A DNA stretch of 32,000 nt, taken from assembly GCF_900111325.1 (NCBI RefSeq), contig NZ_FOGW01000013.1, positions 59,836-91,835 of the forward strand, read 5' to 3'. The notes under the pieces are model-generated. The model worked only from the letters and a program-made list of their open reading frames with translations. It did no database searches and was not told the origin of the DNA. Position 1 is the first letter of the stretch. Every line of letters starts with the position of its first letter. Position numbers and translations under genes: made by a program. Shown piece by piece: positions 1-6,288 of the stretch. The DNA comes from Lachnobacterium bovis. Lineage in GTDB: Bacteria; Bacillota; Clostridia; Lachnospirales; Lachnospiraceae.

Positions 1-366
1 AATAAAAATTCCAACAAGTAATAATGCTACCCTTACGGCGTAGTTAGGAACAGGAATATATGAAACAATTTTCATTCCGATATCTGTAAAAATTCCGAAT
101 AAAAAAGATAATGGAATCTGTAATAATTGTATTTTCTGGAAATTTTTTCTAAGAATTAAAATTTGACAAGCAATCAAAACACAATTCCAAATGACAAGCC
201 ATGTTCCAAGTGACAAAAATGAGTATTTACAACTCAAAACATTAGCAACAGAAGAGATAGGTGAAACACCGAGTTCACCATGTTTAGTAAAGGCAACTCC
301 AATAGCTGCAAAAAATAATCCAATAATAAATAATAAATAGCGTTTAATAAGTTCATTTTTAGACAT
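1..366 (-). CDS. Integral membrane protein, YczE/DUF6198-like (partial, runs off the left edge of the window)
   Basis: Not in the ORF track. The reverse complement from the ATG (plus-strand 'cat' at 364-366) reads MSKNELIKRYLLFIIGLFFAAIGVAFTKHGELGVSPISSVANVL... with no stop to position 1. GGAGG lies 10 nt upstream on the minus strand (plus 'cctcc' at about 377-381). The hydrophobic pattern and the 'G.GVSP..S' motif resemble YczE/YitT-like membrane proteins. Confidence 0.6.
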   Translation of the reverse strand, partial: MSKNELIKRYLLFIIGLFFAAIGVAFTKHGELGVSPISSVANVLSCKYSFLSLGTWLVIWNCVLIACQILILRKNFQKIQLLQIPLSFLFGIFTDIGMKIVSYIPVPNYAVRVALLLVGIFI

Positions 367-447
367 AAATTATTATTCCTCCATATAAAATTCATTTATC
401 ATTATAACATCATAATTAATAAATGCTCAAATATTTTTCATATCAAG

Positions 448-488
448 GACACTTTCTAAAAGAGAAATCTTTTAGGAGAGTCTTTTTT
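448..488 (+). terminator. Orphan hairpin plus T-run in the divergent intergenic region
   Basis: GACACTTTCTAAAAGA-GAAA-TCTTTTAGGAGAGTC gives a 7-bp inner stem and a 3-bp outer stem around an internal loop. It is followed by TTTTTT (483-488). No plus-strand gene lies upstream of it. Confidence 0.3.
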
Positions 489-698
489 GTTATGGGCATA
501 AATATGACAGAAAGAGCGTAACTTGCGGTATAATGAATAATACGATATTATAACTATGTTATGACGTGAAATATTAAATTATTATGAAGTTAACCTTAGA
601 GAAATTCTTAATGATGAAAGGAAAAGTGAGAATATGAACAATGAAATGAAAGAAACAGTATTACAGGCAGTAGATTACACAAATACAGAGGAAGAGAT

Positions 699-1061
699 AT
701 GAAATTTATTTTTGTGGCACTTGGTGGTGCATTAGGCGCTATAGCAAGATATGCTATTAGCTTGATACCGGTAAGGATGACATTTCCTGTCTTAACATTA
801 GTTACAAATATAGCTGGAGCTATTTTAATAGGATTCATTGTAGGGATAGCAGATAGAAAAGGTGACGTATCAGCGAATGCAGTACTTTTTTGGAAAACGG
901 GGGTATGTGGTGGATTTACTACATTTTCAACTTTTTCACTTGAATCGTGTAATTTGTTTGAAAAAAGAATATATATAGCTGGAGGAATATATGTGGCATT
1001 GAGTGTCGGATGTTGTGTTTTGGGAATATTAATAGGTAAAAAGTTGTCATACTTAATATAA
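699..1061 (+). CDS. crcB: Fluoride ion channel CrcB/FluC
   Basis: 120 aa with four hydrophobic segments. The N-terminus MKFIFVALGGALGAIARY and the internal GGFTTFSTF motif are typical of the CrcB family. A GAGGA Shine-Dalgarno site lies 6 nt upstream. Confidence 0.9.
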   Translation: MKFIFVALGGALGAIARYAISLIPVRMTFPVLTLVTNIAGAILIGFIVGIADRKGDVSANAVLFWKTGVCGGFTTFSTFSLESCNLFEKRIYIAGGIYVALSVGCCVLGILIGKKLSYLI

Positions 1062-1235
1062 GGAATATAAGAAAGGACAGAGAATTATATCAGTGTATGA
1101 TAAAGAATTACAATGGATAGCGAGCATTAAGGTTTAAAAAATGTTCTTGAAATTGTAATATAATTATAAAAATGTTATAATTTTTCGGAAGGTAATATTA
1201 ATTGACTTAATAATGAGTACACAGAGGTAAATATT

Positions 1236-1925
1236 ATGAAAATTGCAATATGTGATGATGAAAAGGAATTCGTTAACATAATGCAAAAGGAGTTGCACAA
1301 GTTAGAAAAACAGTTAAATGAAAAAATTGAAACTGTTTTGTTTAAAAATGGGGAGGAGTTACTAGAAACATTTAGTATTAGTAGTTTTGATTTGTTTTTT
1401 TTCAAGGTATGTAAAAGTATTAATGTTAAAGATGCGGCAGATGAGTATGTGGTCTTTATTTCTAAATTTGAAGATGATTCTGTTAATCCAGTACTATTTA
1501 AATCATTTGGAAAATTAAAAAAGGATAGAATAAAACTCGATTTGATTTTACTTATAAAAAAAGCGTATATTTTTTTAAAAGAAAATAAACAAAATTTTAT
1601 TTTATTTAAAACAGATACTAAAATAGTGAAGTGTAAAAAACCAGAAATAGTCTATTGTACGGTATTAGATAGAAAAATTCAAATTAATATAAAAGATGGA
1701 AATAGATTTGATATACGATCGACTATTAAAAAAATGATGTCAACTTTAAATGACATACATTTTTTGAAAATTAATAGCGGAACAATTGTTAATGTTGCTT
1801 TCATAAAAGAAGTTAGCAATAAGGAGGTTGTTATGGATAATGGAGAGATTTTATCATTAAGTAGGTCAAATTCAAAAAATGTAAGAAATGCTGTCAAGGC
1901 TTACTGGGGATATAATGCAGATTAA
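1236..1925 (+). CDS. LytTR-family DNA-binding regulator with a degenerate (pseudo) receiver domain
   Basis: The N-terminus MKIAICDDE... is receiver-like. The C-terminal ~100 aa (IVYCTVLDRKIQINIKDGNRFDIRSTIKKMMSTLNDIHFLKINSGTIVNVAFIKEV) fits the LytTR fold pattern. The expected phospho-acceptor position in FDLFFFK(57)V is Lys rather than Asp. Confidence 0.8.
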   Translation: MKIAICDDEKEFVNIMQKELHKLEKQLNEKIETVLFKNGEELLETFSISSFDLFFFKVCKSINVKDAADEYVVFISKFEDDSVNPVLFKSFGKLKKDRIKLDLILLIKKAYIFLKENKQNFILFKTDTKIVKCKKPEIVYCTVLDRKIQINIKDGNRFDIRSTIKKMMSTLNDIHFLKINSGTIVNVAFIKEVSNKEVVMDNGEILSLSRSNSKNVRNAVKAYWGYNAD

Positions 1926-1928
1926 GCA

Positions 1929-1985
1929 AAAAAACAAACAGAATACGCAAAATACCTATTAAAAAACAAAAAGAATGCTAAAATA
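1929..1985 (+). promoter_or_regulatory. Imperfect ~25-bp direct repeat upstream of the exported-protein gene (candidate LytTR operator/promoter)
   Basis: Copy 1 is AAAAAACAAACAGAATACGCAAAATA (1929-1954). Copy 2 is AAAAAACAAAAAGAAT-GCTAAAATA (1961-1985). Start-to-start offset is 32 bp. Copy 2 abuts a TATAAA -10-like box (1984-1989), about 35 nt before the ATG at 2023. Confidence 0.4.
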
Positions 1986-2022
1986 TAAAATGTAAAAAGT
2001 AAATTAGAAGGGAGATAGGAAA

Positions 2023-2454
2023 ATGGAACTAAAAAAAGGAAAGGTAGCTGTATTGTTTGCGGCAGCGGCAGTTGTTGTATCGACGGCATGTGTGGATGTA
2101 TCAGCATCAAATGATGCGGTAGCGTTTACAAACTACAGATTGAAACCCTGCTATGCTAATACATATACAACTTCAAGATATCGTCAAACAACTAATCCAG
2201 ATAATAAATGGAAGGTAAATTTAGCTTATAGTACTGAAGGAAAGGGTTCAATTGCAACATTTTGGCTTGCAAAAGCAAATTCTGCACATACTATTGTGTC
2301 GGGTACACATAATGTGACACAAGGGTCAGGAAATCATTATTTTGCGGCAACATCGGGGGCATCAAGGTCTAATGTGTGCTTAGGAATGGAAAACAATAAT
2401 TATACTACTGCAGAGTATCATGTTTCTGGATATTGGGATGAAGAAACAGATTAA
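2023..2454 (+). CDS. Sec-exported small protein of unknown function (mature ~115 aa, 2 Cys)
   Basis: The signal peptide is MELKKGKVAVLFAAAAVVVSTACVDVSA|SN, with a basic n-region, a hydrophobic core and an AxA-like cleavage site. The mature part is rich in Ser/Thr/Asn/Gly/Tyr and has no transmembrane segment. A GGGAG Shine-Dalgarno site lies 8 nt upstream. Confidence 0.75.
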   Translation: MELKKGKVAVLFAAAAVVVSTACVDVSASNDAVAFTNYRLKPCYANTYTTSRYRQTTNPDNKWKVNLAYSTEGKGSIATFWLAKANSAHTIVSGTHNVTQGSGNHYFAATSGASRSNVCLGMENNNYTTAEYHVSGYWDEETD

Positions 2455-2481
2455 CAATGATATAAAAGTTTAGATTAAGTT

Positions 2482-2519
2482 AGAGGTATTCTGAATTCAC
2501 ATGAGTTTGGAATACCTCT
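2482..2519 (+). terminator. Intra-operon hairpin (partial terminator or processing site) after the exported-protein gene
   Basis: AGAGGTATTC (2482-2491) pairs with GGAATACCTCT (2509-2519) across a 17-nt loop. No contiguous T-run follows (GTAAAAAAGTTTT), so read-through is likely. Confidence 0.4.
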
Positions 2520-2547
2520 GTAAAAAAGTTTTAGGGGGATAGTAGTT

Positions 2548-3336
2548 ATGTTACTCAAGTATCAAGTAAAAAAAATATGGAATGATCCAATAAAAAATTT
2601 CATTTGTTTTTTAGTTTTATTTTTCCCATGTTTGGAGATTATCTACAATTTATTTGATTTAATTTCAAGAGAAGCTCATGTGTTAAGGCCAGAATTTATG
2701 TGTTTTTTGGTTGGTAGTTCAACTCGTATATCTCATGTCTTTCAAAGTATTGTCTTATGGTTTTTCCCATTATATAGTTTGTTATTAACAGCAGAAGATT
2801 GTATAGAAGAAAGAAAAACAGGAATAAGAAATATTGTGATTGCAAAAGAAGGTAAGAAAAAATATATAAAATCACATTTATATAAAAGTTTTATTTTTTC
2901 ATTTTTATTGATAATGCTAATGCTACTTATAAATATGGCTTTAGTTTATATTATATTTGCAGGTGGCAAAACGCCTAAGTATGATGACTTGATGCTTTCA
3001 TTAAGAACAGATAATTTGCTTTGGGCTTGTAAGAATGGTTTGTTAGTTAATTTCATTTATATTATTATCACGGCTGCTATTTGTGGTCTAATTTCTATGG
3101 TTGGAACAATTAGTGCAATTATGCTTGTAGATAGAAAAATAGTTTATGGAATTACTATGTTATTTTGGTTTGCGCCAACGTTTTTATCAAAATCATTACT
3201 TTATGTATTTCAACCTTTTACAGAATATTCTCTTAGCTTTGTTGCACCAACCATTATCGGTGTTTTCGTGGTTTATATATTATATATTAGTGGTTGGTAT
3301 GTGAAGGAGGTATATTTTGACAAAAAAAGTATTTAA
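2548..3336 (+). CDS. ABC-2-type transporter permease-like membrane protein
   Basis: 262 aa with about 6 predicted hydrophobic helices. The long loop after TM1 and the 'EERKTGIRNIVIAKEGKKKYIKSHLYKSF' segment resemble the E..GT....P.sR..l..K signature region of ABC-2 permeases. Confidence 0.7.
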   Translation: MLLKYQVKKIWNDPIKNFICFLVLFFPCLEIIYNLFDLISREAHVLRPEFMCFLVGSSTRISHVFQSIVLWFFPLYSLLLTAEDCIEERKTGIRNIVIAKEGKKKYIKSHLYKSFIFSFLLIMLMLLINMALVYIIFAGGKTPKYDDLMLSLRTDNLLWACKNGLLVNFIYIIITAAICGLISMVGTISAIMLVDRKIVYGITMLFWFAPTFLSKSLLYVFQPFTEYSLSFVAPTIIGVFVVYILYISGWYVKEVYFDKKSI

Positions 3337-4063
3337 TAAAAGGGTGTTATTTGCACTTCTTTTCTGTTTGGTTTTAAATGTAATTAAGGTATATGTTGAT
3401 AATAAAGGTTTCGCAGAAATGTATAGTAAAGGTTTAATGACAAAGGTTAGCTATAATGAAGACCTATTGTCTGGGGCCTATTATACTATTGTGGATTATG
3501 CAGTTTGGCAAGCAGCTGTATATTTGATTTTTATAGAGTATGTTATGAATTATAACCGTATATGTTACATGATAAGATATGTTAATCGTGATGAATATTG
3601 GAAAAGTCAGATTAAAAATGTAACAAAAGCTACAGCATGTTTTGTTTTTGTACATGAGTTAGTTAGTTTTTTTCTCACAATTCAAAAAGGTGATTATAAG
3701 ATACTAATGAAGCACAATTGGATACAAGGACTATTTTTGCAGTTTGTTGCTGCAAATTTGTTTTATTTATGTACGTATCTTTTTTATGAGTTTTTAAGAT
3801 CATATTTTGGAAAGAGCAAATCAAATGTGCTTATTGTAATTATATATTTTGTAGAATACGTTTTGAGCAGAAATGTTTTGGATAATTTTTGGTTTCCAGA
3901 AAATGATGTAAATATGATGACAAAGAGGTGTGTGGATAACATGCCGTTACTCATGTGTTTCTTAGGAATATTTAGATTGGCGATGGAAGTATTCATAATG
4001 AGTCGAATCTTATCTTGGAAGAAGGGAAAGGAAGATTTGTTGATTTATGAAAAGGTTAACTAA
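3317..4063 (+). CDS. Polytopic membrane protein (second ABC-2-like subunit)
   Basis: The TTG start lies 6 nt after AGGAGG and overlaps the upstream gene by 20 nt, which suggests translational coupling. It has multiple hydrophobic helices and no recognisable catalytic motif. Confidence 0.65.
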   Translation: MTKKVFNKRVLFALLFCLVLNVIKVYVDNKGFAEMYSKGLMTKVSYNEDLLSGAYYTIVDYAVWQAAVYLIFIEYVMNYNRICYMIRYVNRDEYWKSQIKNVTKATACFVFVHELVSFFLTIQKGDYKILMKHNWIQGLFLQFVAANLFYLCTYLFYEFLRSYFGKSKSNVLIVIIYFVEYVLSRNVLDNFWFPENDVNMMTKRCVDNMPLLMCFLGIFRLAMEVFIMSRILSWKKGKEDLLIYEKVN

Positions 4064-4080
4064 AATAAATTAGGAAGGTA

Positions 4081-4725
4081 ATGGATAGGATGTATAGATT
4101 AAAAAATGTTACAAAGGTAATAAAAAATCAGAGGGTTTTAGAAGATATAAATTACGAGTTTGAAAACGGTAAAATATATGGACTTTATGGAACAAACGGA
4201 TCAGGAAAAACTATGATAATTAGAGTTTTATCTGGGTTAGTAGTTCCAACAGAAGGTGAAGTTGAAATTGATGGAAAGGTTTTGCATAAAGATATTTCAT
4301 TTCCGCCAAGTGTTGGTATTATAATAGAAAATATGGAGTTACTCCCTAAATTAACAGCTAAGGAAAACTTGAAAGCTTTATCAGAAATAAAGGGGATAGC
4401 AACTGATGAGGATATAGAAAGTGCTTTAGAAAAAGTGGGGTTAGATACGAATAAACCTGTAAAAAAATATTCGTTAGGAATGCGTCAAAAATTAAATATT
4501 GCGCAAGCTATATTCGAAAAACCAGATTTGATATTATTAGATGAGCCAACTAATGCATTAGATGAAAAAAGTGTTACTCGAGTATATGATGTTTTGAGAA
4601 AAGAAAAAGAACGTGGAGCTTGTATAATTATGGCAACTCATAACAAATCAGATTTTTCAAGTATCTGTGATGAAATTATAAAGGTTGATGCCGGAAGAAT
4701 TGAGGAGGTTGTCAATGAAAACTAA
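4081..4725 (+). CDS. ABC transporter ATP-binding protein
   Basis: Walker A is GTNGSGKT, the signature-like motif is YSLGMRQK, Walker B is LILLDEP, and the H-loop is ATH. The alternative ATG at 4090 may be the true start. Confidence 0.9.
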   Translation: MDRMYRLKNVTKVIKNQRVLEDINYEFENGKIYGLYGTNGSGKTMIIRVLSGLVVPTEGEVEIDGKVLHKDISFPPSVGIIIENMELLPKLTAKENLKALSEIKGIATDEDIESALEKVGLDTNKPVKKYSLGMRQKLNIAQAIFEKPDLILLDEPTNALDEKSVTRVYDVLRKEKERGACIIMATHNKSDFSSICDEIIKVDAGRIEEVVNEN

Positions 4726-5257
4726 GAGGTTTCATATAAATATAAAGACGATAGTTGGAATTTTTTGTGTGATGTGTTTATTGGCTGAGGCTTCAAACAT
4801 TTTTTTGAAAAAAAATTATGCGTATATGTTTGAAAATGATATTAAAGTATCTGAATCAGAAATTAAAACGACTAAAAAAACTAATGATGGCAAATATGTA
4901 TATAAGATTTTGAAAGACAAAAAAAGCATTATATTGAAATCTTATAATTGTTTTGATGAGAAAGATGTTATTGTGCCATCAAAAATAGATGGTTATAAAG
5001 TTATCGGATTAGATGATTCAGTTTTTGCATGTCATGAAGAGATGAAAAGTATTGAAATACCTGATTCAGTTGAGAAAACTGAAATGGCTACCTTTGGAGG
5101 TTGTACTAATCTAAAGAAAATACTTTTTAAAGGTGATGTGAAACAGGTAAGTAAATGGACTTTCTTAGATTGTAAAGGCGTTGTAGTTGCAAAAAACAAT
5201 TCAAATATCGAAAAATGTGCAAAAAAACAAGGCATGAAAGTAGAAATTGAAAATTAA
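4715..5257 (+). CDS. Membrane-anchored leucine-rich-repeat (BspA/LRR_5-like) protein
   Basis: The preferred start is ATG 4715, 4 nt after GAGGAGG, which overlaps the ATPase stop. An N-terminal hydrophobic anchor (IVGIFCVMCLLAEA) is followed by 'IVPSKIDGYKVIGLDDSVFACHEEMKSIEIPDSVEKTEMATFGGCTNLKKILF', the IP.sV..Ig..aF..C..L repeat typical of BspA-type LRRs. Confidence 0.7.
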   Translation: MKTKRFHINIKTIVGIFCVMCLLAEASNIFLKKNYAYMFENDIKVSESEIKTTKKTNDGKYVYKILKDKKSIILKSYNCFDEKDVIVPSKIDGYKVIGLDDSVFACHEEMKSIEIPDSVEKTEMATFGGCTNLKKILFKGDVKQVSKWTFLDCKGVVVAKNNSNIEKCAKKQGMKVEIEN

Positions 5258-5281
5258 AACTGTTTAGGAGGCCTTGTGTTA

Positions 5282-5983
5282 ATGAAAAAAAATAAAGAAA
5301 ACATTTTTTGTTACGTAATAGCTTGTATTGTTCAGACTATGTATTATTTTTTTAGGAGAAATAAAGTTTTTGTTTTTGCAAATGGGATACCCGGAGTAAA
5401 AATGGGGGAGGGTTTTCCGATTTTAGATATTTGCGCATTAGTCATGCCTGGATTAATGATGTTTTTGATTTTTTCTAATTTCTATTCTTTTCATATGGAA
5501 GAGTATGGAAGATTATTATTGGTACGAGATTGCAATATAAGAAAAAGAATTTATAAATTATTTAAAAATATTGCAATTGAAGAGTTGATATTGATTTTGT
5601 TACACATTGCAGTTAATATGGTATTTGATATGAATTATTTTATAAGGAATTTATATCAAATAATAAAGGGAGGAGCAATTTATTATTTAGTAATGCTTGT
5701 TCTTTTGACTGTGGAATTTTTCGTGTCGACCTGGTTTGATGATAGTATTGTGATGACGAATTTGGGTTTATACCTATTCGTTTCTGTTATTATTGTGATT
5801 ATTAGCGATAATAAAGTTTTAGGAACATTATTTTTTCCAGGCAGAATTTTGAGACTTTATAAAATAAATGCAGCAGATGGATTAATAGGATTTTTTGTCC
5901 CTTCGATTGTTACTGCATTACTGTTTATTGTGGTGTTATTAGAGTTGATAATTAAACGTTGTAGTAATAAAGATTATTTTTAG
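5282..5983 (+). CDS. Polytopic membrane protein (third ABC-2-like subunit)
   Basis: ATG 5282 lies 10 nt after AGGAGG (5266-5271); the ORF track begins at GTG 5276. It has about 6 hydrophobic helices, and the loop 'EEYGRLLLVRDCNIRKRIYKLFKN' resembles the ABC-2 signature region. Confidence 0.65.
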   Translation: MKKNKENIFCYVIACIVQTMYYFFRRNKVFVFANGIPGVKMGEGFPILDICALVMPGLMMFLIFSNFYSFHMEEYGRLLLVRDCNIRKRIYKLFKNIAIEELILILLHIAVNMVFDMNYFIRNLYQIIKGGAIYYLVMLVLLTVEFFVSTWFDDSIVMTNLGLYLFVSVIIVIISDNKVLGTLFFPGRILRLYKINAADGLIGFFVPSIVTALLFIVVLLELIIKRCSNKDYF

Positions 5984-6005
5984 AAAGATATATTGTATTA
6001 AAAAA

Positions 6006-6044
6006 GAAGTTATAACACAAAAAAGTGTGATAACTTCTTTTTTT
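6006..6044 (+). terminator. Rho-independent terminator ending the 1236-5983 cluster
   Basis: GAAGTTATAACAC-AAAAAA-GTGTGATAACTTC forms a 13-bp stem with 1 mismatch, followed by TTTTTTT. Confidence 0.8.
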
Positions 6045-6288
6045 GTAATTCTATGTGGGTTTAGATATAAGTTATCACAAATAATAGGTATTAGATATTA
6101 TTAAAGTTATTTGACGTAACAGGAAAAATAAGGTTTAATATAATATATAGATTGTATAATTGTATGTAATCTATAAAGAGGATATAATTAAATATAAAAT
6201 AAGAACTAGAATAATCAAATAATCTTATGAAGGTGAATACTATATATGAGTAGGGATGGGTAAATATATGTTATAACGGAGAGAATAT

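Noticed and set aside
609-625. CTTAATGATGAAAGG as the 3' half of a fluoride riboswitch.
   Set aside because: Only the TAATGA hexamer matches. The GGnGAUGG 5' strand, the AAC.GC junction and the CCUAC pseudoknot partner are absent. Left as an open question in the findings, not annotated.
6050-6288. Possible glycine riboswitch upstream of the AGCS alanine/glycine symporter.
   Set aside because: No GGAGAG...CACCG-type glycine aptamer core or tandem aptamer structure is visible. The region is simply AT-rich with promoter-like hexamers.
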